NCBI RefSeq assembly: GCF_004010195.1
Contig: NC_057734.1
Location: forward strand, 22,559,736-22,623,735
Direction of reading: 5' to 3'
From: Chiloscyllium plagiosum
Lineage: Eukaryota
Length of the DNA: 64,000 nt
The translations under genes were made by a program, and so were the position numbers. Below the pieces are notes generated by a model. The model had not been told where the DNA came from. It did no database searches and saw only the letters and a program-made list of their open reading frames with translations. Positions 26,491 to 40,821 of this stretch are shown piece after piece. How positions within the stretch are numbered: position 1 is the stretch's first letter; each line of letters begins with the position of its first letter.

Positions 26491-28133
26491 GTGATTTACT
26501 TTCAGTGACAAAACAGGATTGAGGCATTGAATGGCCTATTCATTTTCCTATGTTTCTATTAAAATGTCACCTTTAATGTATCACAGTCCAAAACATAAAT
26601 ATGGCTCCATGGAGGAAATTTTGAGGTTTTACAGCCAGCCTCACCCAGTGACTGGAAATATTAGAAAACTGCTTCTGACCATTTGAAGTAATGACGGGAA
26701 AGTAGTACATTGTCTGCACCTGTATTTCAACATGCACTCCTCACTGGAGGCACTCCCCATCAGCTAGGCAAGCTTAGAGAATCATCTTTCCTGTTTAAAC
26801 CAATTGGGTTCAGAATCACTTAGTGATTATAAATTTCATTCATACAATTTCCCAGAAGCTTTACAGAGTATTCCAATGGAAAATTACTCCAGCAGGACCC
26901 CAAAACAACCCAGACAATAAAACCTCGAAGATGCTATTCTTTTAAACCATTTGGTCAAAGACCCATAACAATATGAAAGGAGGCCATTCTGCCCCTAGAC
27001 CCATCGTGTGCCTTTATAGAGCAATCCGTCCCATTCCCCCTTTCTATCTGCACTTTCTCTCAAGTGCCCATCCAACTTTTTTTTAAGAAACCCGGGTCAC
27101 CTAATTCTTGTGCCATCAACTAATGGGACAGCCTTCCCTTGTTGAGCTGTCGGTGTCTTGTACAACTCCAATAAATTTCTCCAAGATCCCTTTTGCTCCA
27201 AAGAGAACAACTTTAGTATCATTTCAAGTGAAAAAGGGATGGATTCAGTTTTGCAGAATTATCCTATTCTTGTTAGGAGAATAGCAGACAAAAAATACCT
27301 GTCCAATTTCATGAAAGGCAAGCATACAATAGGTTTGATTAGCAGAGGAACAGAGTTTAAATAGAGAGAAAAGGTGATGATGAGCTGATGGTGTTATTCT
27401 GAATAAGACTAATTATACCTTTTCTGGGGTGTTGAGTATAAATGTCACTATGAAAGTCAAAGAAGATACATACGGGATGATTCTACAAGAATATGTTCCC
27501 AACACAAGGCCTTGCTCACTGGTCATGCCTGATGGAAATGGGACTGCATTGCTCACATTTCTCTGCCAATTAAAAAGTGGTTGAAATTGTTCACAATATG
27601 AAGGATTCAAAAATTCGGAGAAATCGTGCAGAATTAGAATTAAATCAAGTATCATGTTAAGTAGGTTGATGGTTTTATACTCATGGTAATAGGCACCTGG
27701 AAGAAACTATTGGAAATCAAACAGAATAAATTAGTTCAACAAACTAAGTTCTGCAATCCTGCCACACCCAAATGTAAATAATAGTGGACAATTAAGGAAT
27801 TCATTGAGGGAGGAGGCTCCACATATATCCCATCCTCATTAACAGAGGAGCCCAGCTCATCTGTGCAAAAAAGACAAGGCTGAAGCATTTGCATCCATCT
27901 TCAATCAGATATGCTAGGTATTTGATCCATCTGAGATGAGGAGGAATTTCTTCATTCAGAGGGTGGTGAATCTTTGGAGCTCATTGTCACAGAAGGCTGA
28001 CTGTATTTAAGACAGAGATAGATAGGTTCTCGATTAGTAAGGGGCCCACGGGTTCCGAGAAGAAGGCAGGAGAATGGGTTTGAGAAGTAGATCATTGTGG
28101 TGCAAACTTGATGAGCAGAATGACCCACTTACG

Positions 28134-28703
28134 GTCATAGAGTCATAGAGATGTACAGCATGGAAACAGACCCTTTGGTCCAACTCATTCATGTCAACCA
28201 GATATCCCAACCTAATCTAGTCCCATTTGCCAGCATGTGGCACATATCCGTCTAAACCCTTCCTATTCATATACCCATCCAGATACTTTTGAAATGTTGT
28301 AATTATACCAGCCTCCACCACTTCCTCTGGCAACTCATTCCATATACGCACCACCCCTTTCATGAAAAAGTTGCCCCTTAGGTCCCTTTTATATCTTTCC
28401 CCTCTCACCCTAAATCTATGCCCTCTAGTTCTGGACTCCTCCACCCCAAAGACCTTGTTTATTTACCCTATCTATGCCCCTCATGATTTTATAAACCTCT
28501 ATAAGGACACCCTTTCAGTCTCTGATGCTCAAGGAAAAACAACTCCAGCCTATTCAGCATCTACCTATAGCTCAAATCCTCCAACCCTGGTTAAATGCTT
28601 ATAAATCTTTTCTGACACTTTTGAGTTTCATGACATCTTTCCAATAGGAAGGAGACCAGAATTACACACAAAATTCTAAAAGTGGCCTCATCAATGCCCT
28701 GTA
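28134..28703 (-). mobile_element. CR1 LINE 3-prime fragment nested in older LINE sequence
   Basis: ESRTRGHRFRVRGERYKRDLRGNFF, with a (gtcataga)n tail. Confidence 0.9.
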
Positions 28704-29644
28704 CATTTTGGTTCACTCCATATGTTATCAAGACATGACTAAAGACACTGGATACTGCAAAAGCAATGGGGCCTGACAACATTCTGGCAATAGCATTGAG
28801 GATTTGTGTTCTGGAACTAGCCATATCCGAAGCCAAGTTGTTCATAGTACACCTACAACATTGACATCTACTAGACAATGTGGAAGATTTCCCCAGTATG
28901 TCATGTTTCCAAAAATAGGGTAAGTCCAGCCCTGACAGTTACTGCCCTATCAATTTCTCTCAATTATTACCATAGTTATGTAAGAAATCATCAACAGAGC
29001 TATCAGATGGTACTTTCAAAGGAGTAACTTTGAATGCTTGGGAACTCAAACATTTCTTTCCAAGCAACGTGTCATCTTGAATTGGAAATGTACTGTTGTT
29101 CATTCATGGTCACTGGGTCAAAATCCTGGAACTACACTCCCAACGCAGTGTGCCAAACAACACCCCATTGAATGCAATGGTTCTAAAAAGCAGCTCACTA
29201 CCAACATCTTCATGGTAACTAGGGATGAGCAATAATTACTGGCCTAATCTACATTGCCCACATTCCATGAATGAACCGTTAAAAATCAAGAAATGAGGTA
29301 TGCTACTGATTAACATAGAGACAGATGGCTTTGATACAAGGCATGAAACTGGAGATTGAAATTAACCAAAAAGAGGTGGAATTATTGGATCAAATGCATT
29401 TAGTTCATAGAAACAGTTGAATTCCATTTGATCCAACATGGATTACTCACCTTTTGAAAAGAATTTGTTCACACAATAATATCGCTGACCGTATTTTGAA
29501 GTTCACCTGTTACCAGCCATGTGCAAGTTATGCCACTTAGCTTTGTGACAAGGTTATAATGGTATACATGCCTTATGGCTAAAACATAATCATCTACATG
29601 TGACAGCAGAATTCCAAAGCCACGAATTAACAGGAACTACTTAC

Positions 29645-29736
29645 CCTTCATCGTCTTCATTTTTTTCAAAAGGCAACAATCTAAACCAACCCTTGGTCAC
29701 TTGAGTCTTCAAAAGGGCATCTAGATTGAAGTCAAC
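29645..29736 (-). CDS. RASAL1: RASAL1 internal exon: VDFNLDALLKTQVTKGWFRLLPFEKNEDDE(G)
   Basis: 92 nt, cag acceptor and gtaagt donor, phase 0-2. KGWFRLLPF matches the end of RASAL1 C2B, and the phase fits both neighbours. Confidence 0.93.
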
Positions 29737-30223
29737 CTGTTTAGCAAAGAAATAGGTATATTGCTTTGCATGTGTACAAACAAGAACAAGCAGTGAAAAC
29801 ACAGCTATGAACGTAAACTAGTTGGTGTTGATCTAATGTTTCTACTTGTAGCTGCAATGACATCTGGAAGCTCAAAACCACTTACAACAGAGCAGTCTGT
29901 TTTATGAGTACATTGATCACTGGCCTCAGGATCTATCTATTACCTCAGTGGAAACAGTGGTTCAAGAAAGCAGCTCACTACCACATTCTTCATGGTAACT
30001 AGGGCTTCAGTGTGTTCTGCCTAGAGGATGTATTGCACCAACACGCTGAGCTCGGTTGAATAGCACCTCCTGTCTTTAACAAGAGTAGCAAAACCAATGA
30101 CTTCAAGGTCCCCTACAAGTACCTCCAAGCTTAGACATGTAACTTGGACATGTAGTTCCAATCCTGGAATTCCTCACAATAATCCTTGTGAGGAACCATG
30201 TCCCTCACAAGGATTATGGGCAA

Positions 30224-30791
30224 TGAGTTTTGAGATTTGTAGCTCAGGTTGAGGTTCTGGATGTAGGTTTGCTTGCTAAGCTAGAAGGTTCATTTTCAGA
30301 CGTTTCGTCACCATACTAGGTAACATCTTTAGTGAGCCTCCGAACAAAGCACTGCTGATGTTTCCTGCTTTCTATTTTACATATTAGGGTTTATTTAGGT
30401 TGGTGATGTCATTTTTGTGGTGATTTCATTTCTATGGTGATGTCATTTCCTGTTCTTTTTCTCAGGGGCTGGTAAATGGGATCCAAGTCAATGTGTTTGT
30501 TGATAGATTTCCGGTTAGAATGCCATGCTTCTAGGAATTCTCATGCATGTCCAACCGGAACTCTATCAACAAACACATTGACTTGGACCCATTTACCACC
30601 CCCCGAGAAAAGAACAGGAAATGAATCACCATGGGAAATGACATCACCAACCCAAAGAAACCCAAACATATAAATAGAAATCATGAAACATCAGCAGTGC
30701 TTCATCCGGAGGATCACTGAAGATGTTACCTAGTATGGTGATGAAATGTCTGAAAATGAACCTTCCAACTCAACAAGCAAACCTACATCCA
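30224..30791. mobile_element. Inverted PLE (second family) with two hammerhead motifs and 12-bp TSD
   Basis: TSD gattatgggcaa at 30212-30223 and 30792-30803. Long inverted arms. Minus-strand EFLEAWHSNRKSINKHIDLDPIY resembles a GIY-YIG C-terminus. Confidence 0.88.
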
Positions 30792-33083
30792 GATTATGGG
30801 CAACATTGGCTGTAACTAATTAGCAGTGACCAGCTCCTGAGAGCAACTTTAAAACATAAACTTGAGTGCTAGACTAATCAAGGAAAACGTGAAAATTTAG
30901 TTCACAAGTGTTCTATTTTCTTCTCATACTACATAGATATTTAGAGCAAGTTACTTCTGCATTTCAGTACTGACTAAATCTCAGGAAATTTGAAAATTAG
31001 AATCCTGCAAATGAATAATAACTGCAATTATTCTATTAGATTCTATTGGAAAATTGCAGCTATATTTTAGTAGGAATACTTACAGGATTCATCAGATCAG
31101 TTATTTCAGTTCGTAGGAGTTGCAGACTAATGAGATAGAAGAGTCCAGCATGAACCACACCTTTTTTTATTGCATGGTACAGAAAGGATGAAGCAAGATT
31201 AGAATACAACAAAGTAGACAAGACTGGTACAACTTTTACACTGAAGTGGTCCATTTACACTCCAATTCACAGGATCTGCAAGCTGCAATAAAATTCCTTC
31301 CGATTTTACAGTGAACCAGTGCAGCCTGCAAATAGTCTGCAAATAAATACCAAGTTACATTCTCAACAGACCTGTCTCAGGCAATGACCACCTGCAAAAG
31401 GACAAATTCTAACCATCATTCCTTGGCATCACGAGCATGACTATCACTATCTCCCACAATCAACACTCTCAGGGATTACCACTGATCAGACATTTAGCTG
31501 GACCAGTCACATCAATATCACAGCAACAAGAGCAGTTCAGAGACTACGAGTCCAGTAAAGGAACTCATTTCCTGATTCCCTAAAGTTTGCACCACCTGCA
31601 AGGCACAAATCAGCAAGGTGATGGCATATTTTCTAATTGCCTGGATGACTGCAGCAGACCATCTCGTACACAGAGCCCTATTTACCATCGTAAAGACTCA
31701 TTGCCTCCACCATCGGTACACTGTGACTGCAGTGTGTACTGTGTATGTCAGATACACCACAGCAACTCAAACACCCTTCAACAAGCACCTTCCAAACTTA
31801 TGACCTCGAGAATTTACAAAGGCAACAAGTCCAATGGAGCAACATTCCAAACTCCCCTCATGTCACCCACCATCCTGATTTGGAAATCTGTCACCTTTCT
31901 TTCATGGTTGATGGGTGAAAATCCTAAAACTCCCTCCCTGACAGCACTGTGGGTCTACATATACCAAACGGACTGCAGCAGTTCAGGCATGTGGTTCACC
32001 ACCACTTTCTCAAATGCTATTAGGAACAGAAAATAAATACTAGTCCAAAAACTATGTTAAAACTAAAATGTGCAAATTACTGGTGCAATTGGGGAACTGA
32101 AGTAATACAAATAAAGAAAGGGGACTCTATTCTTATCCCTTAGGTTCTGATGACATTGGAGATTACTTTCAATGTGTGGGCTTTTTAGGTTCAGACTGTT
32201 TTTCAGATCAGCCTCTGATCTTTAGCTGACCAACTGTGGGTTCCACAAATTGTACTTGGTTAGGCCCAATTTCTGCAGGAATGACAAATCTTACTGACAT
32301 ATTACTGGAGCAGACAACTGGAGACACTCAGTCCCCCACTGACGCAGCAGAAGGCTTTGACATTCTTCAGATAATGTTGCCAATCAGTGGCAATGAATTA
32401 TCCATCATTTTGATTCAACCAAATGTAGCCACACTGAGGAGGAGCATATGGAGCTCATGGGTTACAAGAATAGCATACTGTGAGAGAGATCATTTTTCTT
32501 GCACTTGACAAAATGAATATGAATGACACAAAAGTAAAAATTTTTTTTACGTTCAGCCTCAGTGGTTTATAGGAAAGAACTTGCATTTGCATTGGCATTT
32601 AACATAAAAATGTCCCCATAAGAAAATTGAAAAATATATAACCTCCTTGTAAGACTTAATTTTTTTCAAAGAGACAGGTTTACAGAAATTGCTACAGTTA
32701 GAGAGCAGTAATGGGGCAAAGGAGTCAAGAAAGGCAGATAGAGCACACGTGACGAAGGATCTTTCCTCTTTGGTGTCATGGGATGGAGGGGATCAAAAGA
32801 CATGTAGAAGGCCAATATGTGGCGGCCAGAGAGCATGGGTGTACGGCTGTTAAGAGGACTTTGAATGAGATACTTTAGGATTGAGAGAGCTGTATAGATC
32901 AATAGGTTTGGGCAATCTGAAGGATTCACACAGTAGATTTTTGAAAAAGTCAGATGACGTTCAGTAGGCAGGCTAGGAAAGTATTAATGAAATCTTCTAG
33001 CCCTGACAGTGGGATGGATAAATGCTTTTTTCTGGTGGATGGATTAAGAATGAAGTCAAGTAACAATAATAGTCATAAAAATG

Positions 33084-33429
33084 TCCAACCAGACTGCATC
33101 ATCGTCGACTTCACCAGTTTCCAATCTCCCCTTCCTCACCTCATCCCAGATCCAACCCTCCAACTCGGCACTACCCTTTTGACCTGTCCTACCTGTCCAT
33201 CTTCCTTCCCACCTATCTGCTCCAACCTCCCCACCGACCTATCACAATCACCCCCCCATCCGCAACCACCTACCTTCCCTCCAGCCCTATCCCCACCCTC
33301 CTATTTATCTCTCAGCCCCCTTCCCCCTCCACATTCCTGATGAAGGGCTTATGCTTGAAATATCTACTCTCCTGATCCTCGGATGTTGCCTGACCTGCTG
33401 TGCTTTTCTAGCGCCACACTTTTCAACTT
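33084..33429 (+). mobile_element. PLE 3-prime terminal repeat with degenerate hammerhead
   Basis: LQPDCIIVDFTSF-type ORF end, C-rich tract, ctgatgaagggcttatgcttgaaa, and a possible taaaaatgt TSD. Confidence 0.8.
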
Positions 33430-34148
33430 TAAAAATGTAAGAGCTATGTATCCTGAAGCTTAACTAGGAATCCCACAAGATGTCAAAACTGCAGAGCATC
33501 GTTTGGACTAAGCATGTAACGAGGGAGGGAGATACATCAGTGCTAAGGGAACAAAATTCATCAACACCTGATTGTTCGAGCTCCATTTTGTGCATGTGTT
33601 AACTTTAGAAAGCAAAAGATAGTGATAGGGATAAGGGAAGTGGTTAAAATTAGAGCTAGACAGATGGAGGTTTATCCTATAACTAAGGTTTGTTTCAGGG
33701 TGATTAGTCATAGAGAGCTGCAGCACTGAGAAAGGCCCTTTGGCCCATCATGTCCGTGCCGGTCAAAAACAAGACACAACTAATTTAGTCTGGGATAATG
33801 GACTGGTTGGACTGAAGGGTCTGTTTCTGTGCTGCATGACTCTCTGACTCTATAACTATTCTAATCCCATTTTTTCAGCATTTGGCCAGGCCTTGTATAT
33901 CTTGGTATCCCAAGTGCACATCTAATTACTTCTTAAATGGTATGAGAGTTTCTGCTTCTAGACTCTGCCCTTCAATCCACTGATTGAAAAACATTTTCCT
34001 CATACCTCCTGTATAAACCTCCAATCCCTTACTTTAAATCTATGCCCCCAGCCATTGATCCCTCCATCAAAATTACTTCCTGTCTATCTTAACTATACCA
34101 CACATCTCAGTTATGTCGCCTCTCAGTCTCCTCTGCTGAGAGAGAAAC

Positions 34149-34383
34149 TGTAGTGATTGTAATGAGGTCAGCCAGATGGACCTCATAGAATATGAGTTTC
34201 CTGACTGGGGCTGTTAATCTGGTCCAATCAGGGTGCCCTGGCTGACAGATAAAAAGAGGAGAGTCAGAGATTTTGGTACACTGAGAGCTGACTCTGAAGA
34301 GGTAGTATTAGAGGCAAGGGCTGTTCAAGTGTTAATAAATGGTGACTTGGTAACGGGATACCAGCCTCTGTGGGGTTGTTTCA
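34149..34383 (+). mobile_element. Solo LTR inserted in a minus-strand CR1 (about 33700-34620)
   Basis: TG...CA ends, CCAAT, GATAAAA and AATAAA. Flanks gaaac/aaaac. CR1 sequence continues on both sides. Confidence 0.7.
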
Positions 34384-34790
34384 AAAACAACTCCAACTTG
34401 TCCAATCTCTCTTCATAACTGAATTTCTCTAACCCAGGCAACATTCTGGTCACTATCCTCTGTGCCCTCTTCCATTCTATCACATAATGTGGATTCCAGA
34501 ACTGCACACAATACTCTGGTTGTGACCTAACCCAGTTTTAAACAGTTCCATCATAACCTCCCATGCCCTTACACTGTACGCCTCAGCTAATAAAGGCAAG
34601 TATAGCCTATGTCCTCTTCCAAATGATTCTTCCAATACTTCATTAAATGTAGTTTTGACTTGCCTTTTTGTACCAGTTTTAAAATGTTAATTCACAGCAG
34701 AGAATAAAACAGCAAATTCTCAGTATTGCACCAATTATATCATTAAGAGGTTTTTAGATTAGATTACTTATCTCTGACTCTCCTCTTTTT

Positions 34791-35112
34791 TTTTCGTAGC
34801 CGCGGAAGAGGGGCAGGCAGTCGGCCCTAACGACCCCCTCCACGGCCCGCTGCCTGGACCTGTTGATGGCCAGTTTGGCCGGGCCCCGGAGCAGACCCAC
34901 GAGGAGGTCTTCAGATCTGCCCTCCTTCCTCCACCCTCCTGTTTATTTTTTTTTTGTGAATCTCCTGTTTATTTTTTTTTTAAACCCCCACACTACCACC
35001 TAAGTGCGGTAGTGCTTATTTTATTCCCCAGCACCCATGGTGTGTGTGTGCAGGTGTGAGACACAGTGAAAGACACAAAGTGCACGAAACTTTATTCAAT
35101 TTCCACCACCAG
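34791..35112 (-). mobile_element. Tx1/L1-clade LINE-derived composite insert with 15-bp TSD
   Basis: Minus strand reads GRSEDLLVGLLRGPAKLAINRSRQRAVEGVVRADCLPLFR (Tx1-like ORF2 end). T tracts present. TSD gactctcctcttttt at 34776-34790 and 35113-35127. Confidence 0.65.
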
Positions 35113-38100
35113 GACTCTCCTCTTTTTATCTGTCAGCCAGGGCACCCTGATTGGACCAGATTAACAGCCCCAGTCAGGTCTCCGATTGGAATCCAAATTG
35201 CAATCATTTAAATTTTGTTCTTAAACTGTTCTTGCTTCTTGATGAACTCTGTTTTAAAATGGAAGCAATAGTAAGCCTGGCTTACTCTTGCAAAAAGTAT
35301 AATGAAATAATTGGCTTTATGGTTTTAGTCATGCCAAGAAAAAAACACTCCAATTGGGTATGCTTTAGTCTTGACAATGGAAACAGGTAATCTTTCTACT
35401 GAAAAAAAGCAGAACTGCTGATAATATATTGCAGCCAATTGCAGATGAGGTAACACCACAACACACAGGCTGCCTCACCCACATTCTACATTATTGTACA
35501 AAATACGTGTATACACAAATAAACAGCAGTGGTAGTGGTTTTAACATGTTATGACAATGAAGGAAATGTGTGCCATTGATGCACTGTCTGTGCATGACAG
35601 CAGTTGTAATTTTTAAATAAAATCTGCAAGTCTACCACATCTTTCTCTACAAAATAGTCTGAAGAAAAGTGCAAAGCAATTTAAGGCTTAAAAGATTGTC
35701 ACTTTTGAATAAACGAGGATGCACTATTTATTCAATACAAACCTCAGAAAAATAATCATCCCACTTAATCACTAGAGAAGCAAATAACAAAAACAATTGT
35801 TGAGACAGCTCATTACTGTGTGTTACTTAAGGAAAGAAAATCTAAAATACTCAGATATGGAAGAGGTTGAGACTTTTTTTAGCAACCATAAGTTCAACAG
35901 ACATCTCAATAACAGGCATTGATATTGCCTCAACAGCAGGAGACCAAAAGAAGCCACAAAAACTTTAGAATATTGTTATCTATCTGGTAAGACTGTCTTC
36001 AATGTTTGCAGCATTGCAATACAGGCTGACAAAGCTCAAGATATGCTCTCTGTCCAGTGTACGTGGTAGCGCCTTTAGAAATGCTAAGAGCATTGGAAAC
36101 CTAAATGCAAGCTATAGGAACACAGGAATAAGTACAGACCATTCGGCCACTCCAACATGTCCTACACTTCAATGTGATCACAGCTGATTGTATTCAACTT
36201 TGTCCTGCTGTGGTTTCATATCATTTATAGGTGAATTACTAGGCGAATAAAAATCTGTCCATCCAAAATTTAATGTGATAAATTGAAGTGTATATATATT
36301 GCACTTTGTGGGAGAAAGCTCCACACTTCCTCTACGGTGAAAGTGAAGAGGTGTTTCCTAGTTTTCTTCCTGAATGGCTGAGCTTTGTTTTTAAAATTAT
36401 ATCCCGGCGTCCTAGATTCCTGTTTCTCACTATATTTCATGGCAATCAAATCACCCTTTCACCTCTTGTATTCCAAGGCATACAAGCTGAATTTATATAA
36501 TCTTTCCTCATACTTTAATCAGCTGCACTGTACACATTCCACCACCAATTTTCTGTGAAGAAGTGTCCAGAACTCCAGATGTGCTCTAACCAGGGTTTCA
36601 TGCACTTGGACCAAATATTATACTCCAGTCCTATAGTTAGCACAGCTAAAGTTCCATTAGCCTTTGTCATTACTTTTTATACATGATTATTACATTTTTG
36701 AATCTGAATATTAAAGCTGTGTTAATTATATTGAGGCTTCAATAACTAGGGCTAGACCCTATACTTCATTCCCTTGCTTAGGAGGCCTAGAACCAGGTGA
36801 CACAGTCTCAGACTAAGTAGTATGCTATTTTACATTAGGGGCAGACATTTCTTCATTCAGAGAATAGTAGGTATCTGAAATGTTCTGCCCCAGAGGGCTG
36901 TGGACCCTCAGTCATTGAGTCTGTTAGAGATTGTTAGATTTTTAGATTGAAAGTTATCAAGGAATATGGGGATAGAGCAGGAAGGTGATGTTGATGTAGA
37001 ACATCAGTCATCATCTAGTTGAATTGCAGAACAAGTTTGAAGGGTTGGATGGCTTACTCCAGCTCCTATTTGCCATGTTCCTATGTTCCAGTTGCAGAAA
37101 ACTACCTTACATTTCACTAAGTGTTTGCTTCCCAGCATCTTCCGGGCAAGGAGCAGTTTGATCTGTGCTGTGCAAAGCTACAAATTTGGACTGCAGAGGT
37201 CTGAATTATTCTAACAATAGTTTGCGTATTCATGCACAAACACAGTCAGGTACTCAAAACCAACAAGGCAAATTTACTCTAATAAGATTCATTTTCATCT
37301 GGCATTTATAGTTGTGATATAGAGGAATCAAATGTCGAAATTATCTGTGGAAGTGCTATCAAGCATGAGAAAATATGCAGTGTTAAACCTTTAAAAAGTA
37401 CAATTTTCACCCAGTGTATTTGGATGGTGCATCTCTGCAGTTGAGCACGCCTTTATAACAGGTTCATTTAGATTTTATAAACAGGTGCTGTACTACACCT
37501 CCTTTAAATAACTTGCACTGACTGATCTCCTTAAGGTTATTGCTGGAGAATTGCAAAAACTGGTTTCTCAAATAGGTCACCTTGGACTAATTAAAATACA
37601 CTGCCTTTGACTCAGACTCTGATTAGTTTCCAGTTCCTTATTTGAGTCCAGGTACTTCATAATGTATGGCATGGAGAGAAATCAATATGAGTGAGCAGAT
37701 TATAGCACATTTCTCAACATTATAAAACATGTCTCACTGTTCAGTCTGAAGCCCAGCTTTATTACAGATAACTGCTCTCATCCAGCATTCATTACTGCTA
37801 CACTTGTCTGAATTTATGCTTGCTCTTCTGCCAGTATCAATTGTTTCAGCTTTTATCTTGTACATCACCCACACCTTGAAAAAGAAGCCCATGCATCAGT
37901 TTAAGAATAAAGTTGCTTTTATAATGCTAAACAGGAAGAACAGAGCAAGGGTTCAAAAAAGTGCCATAAGCTTGAATAACAGATGCAAAGGAGTCAGAAT
38001 TAATCAAGTGCAGGAAAAATCCAAAAAATGACGGCAGAGTGACATTAGCATCAACACTGACAGAAGAGAGGCTTTATCTCTAGACCACCTTTTGGGTGCA

Positions 38101-39421
38101 TGGTATCTTTCGCATCTGTTTTGAAGTAAAGTTGTGCGAGGGAGAAAGAGAGAGGGAGGCAAAATACTCAGCACTTTGAAAGGAAATGATTGGTGAGCAG
38201 CCAGAAAATATTTTGTTTTAGTCTTAATTTTACTTCTGTTAATTTAGTTAATAATCCAACAAATACAAGGATGGTACACACCTCAGTCCCTTGAAATACA
38301 CATCCCGTACCATATGGAAATTCCAGTCTGCTTCCTGTGTTCTGGAAAAGTGTATGTGTAGGACACGTGATCAGCTGCAGGCGATCAAATTTTGGGGTTT
38401 GCAGCTGAGTGAGCCATTTTACAGGGAAGGAATTCAAAGGTGGCCACTCCAGAACTAAAGAGTGATGAACAGAGAGGAAATGGGTGACTACCAGAGACAC
38501 CACTGTCTCTTAAATGCATCTTTCTCTCCACCTTGGTATCTAATTCTGAATACTGGTGAGATCAATGGATCTTTGGGAATGCAGCCATAGCCAAGTCCAC
38601 TGCACCATGGGCAGGGGGAGGGGCTTGGCTGTACCAATAGCTGAGTAAACGGCAGTGAGAAATTAGACAGGTTATATTGCTAGGTGATACTAAGTTAGAA
38701 CATTTCTGTGGCTGCAGACATGACTCTGGGATGCTGTGGTGCCTTGTTGGTATGAAGGTCAAAGATGTCACCGTGATCAGATGGATGCATCTAAGGATGT
38801 TGAGGTAGTAAGGGCTGGAATTGAAGAGGCAGTAAGTATGACCTTCCAATTGTTTGTAGGTACAAGGAAGGTGCAACATGCTGCAGAACAGCAATCCTTG
38901 CTCACAACAGATTGTAAGAGAAACCAAGCAGCTGCAGGTCAATGAATTGAACATCAAGTTGGGGAAACATTTGGAAACAGTGATCTGGAACAAAGCTAAC
39001 AGTAATTTGGAAAAGTGTGGATTAATTATGTAAAACTCTCATACATCTAATAAAAATAAATTCCACTTAACGAACTTGATTGAGTTTTTTGCTGAGGAAC
39101 AGAGAGGCTCGATGAGTTTAATGCAGTTGCTGTGACATGGACTTCCAACCAACGATCATAAAGGACCAGATGATGGGCTATTTGGCAATTTTGAAGCCCA
39201 TGGAATACCAACAACATTGGCAGCTATGATCAACATTGCCTGGTGTGAGGAAAGTAAGAGTTGTGCTGAATAGCTGCTTTTCGGATCAGAGCAAGATATA
39301 CAGTGGTGTTGCTTGGGCCTACTGTTCTTGTTAGTTTATATCAATGAACTAGGATTGAGTGTACAGGGCACAATTCGCAACTTGTCAAACAACATAAAAC
39401 TTGGAAACCTTGTGAAGAGCT

Positions 39422-40610
39422 TAAAAATGTGTTTCTGGAAAAGCGCAGCAGGTCAGGGAGAATCGACGTTTCAGGCATAAGCCCTTCTTCAGGAATGAGG
39501 AAGGTGTGCCAAGCAGGCTAAGATAAAAGGTAGGGAGGAGGGACTTGGGGGAGGGGCATTGGGAATGCGATAGGTGGAAGGAGGTTAAGGTGAGGGTGAT
39601 AGGCCGGAGAGGGGGTAGGGGCGGAGAGGTTGGGAAGAAGATTGCAGGTCAAGAAGGCGGTGCTGAGTCCGAGGGTTGGGACTGAGAAAAGGTGGGGGGA
39701 GGGGAAATGAGGAAGCTGGAGAAATCTGCATTCACCCCTTGTGGTTGGAGGGTTCCTAGGCGGAAGATGAGGCGCTCTTCCTCCAGACGTTGTGTTGCCA
39801 TGGCCTAGCGATGGAAGAGGCCAAGGACCTGTATGTCCTTGGCGGAGTGGGAGGGGGAGTTAAAGTGTTCAGCTATGGGGCGGTTGGGTTGGTTAGTGCA
39901 GGTGTCCCAGAGGTGTTCTCTGAAACATTCCGCAAGTAGCCAGCCTGTCTCCCCAATGTAGAGGAGGCCACATCGGGTGCAGCGGATGCAGTAAATGATT
40001 TGTGTGGAGGGTCAGGTGAATTTGTGATGGATATGGAAGGATCCTTTGGGGCCTTGGAGGGAAGTGAGGGGGGAGGTGTGGGCACAAGTTTTGCATTTCT
40101 TGCGGTTGCAGGGGAAGGTGCCGGGAGTGGAGGTTCGGTTGGTGGGGGGTGTGGACCTGACAAGGGAGTCGCGGAGGGAGTGGTCTTTCTGGAAGGCTGA
40201 TAGGGGAGGGGAGGGAAATATATCCTTGTGGTGGTGTCTGTTTGGTTGTGGCGGAAATGACGAAGGATGATACGATGTATCTAGAGGTTGGTGGGGTGGT
40301 AGGTGAGGACCAGTGGGGTTCTGTCCTGGTGGCAATTGGAGGGGCGGGGTTCAAGGAAGGAGCAGCGGGAAGTGGAGGAGATGCGGTGGAGAGCATCGTC
40401 AACCACCTCTGAGGGGAAATTGCAGTACTTGAAGAAGGAGGCCGTCTGGGTTGTTCAGTATTGGAATTGGTCCTCCTGGGAGCAGATGCGGCGGAGACGA
40501 AGGAATTGGGAATATGGGATGGCATTTTTACAGGGAGCAGGGTGGGAGGAGGTGTATTCTAGGTAGCTGTGGGAGTCAGCCGGTTTATAGTGAATGTCCG
40601 TGTTGAGTCG
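39422..40610 (-). mobile_element. Penelope-like element 3-prime portion (RT end, GIY-YIG endonuclease, terminal repeat with hammerhead)
   Basis: HSYLEYTSSHPAPCKNAIPYSQFLRLRRICS and PCNRKKCKTC linker, with frameshifts. Hammerhead core at about 39461-39496. Confidence 0.92.
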
Positions 40611-40821
40611 GCTGGCTGATTTTCTCTTGCAGAGAGCTGGCATGGCCATGACAGGCCAAATAGCCTCCTTTTGTGCTGTAACCATTCTATGATTGAATGA
40701 TGGCTGAACAATTCAGAATTACAAATGAACTGCTGCTGAAATGACAAGTGGAAACCACTCTTTTGGGGGATTTGCTGACAATGACAAGTTCTACAGCTGC
40801 CAGCATGACACGTTCAGTTGA

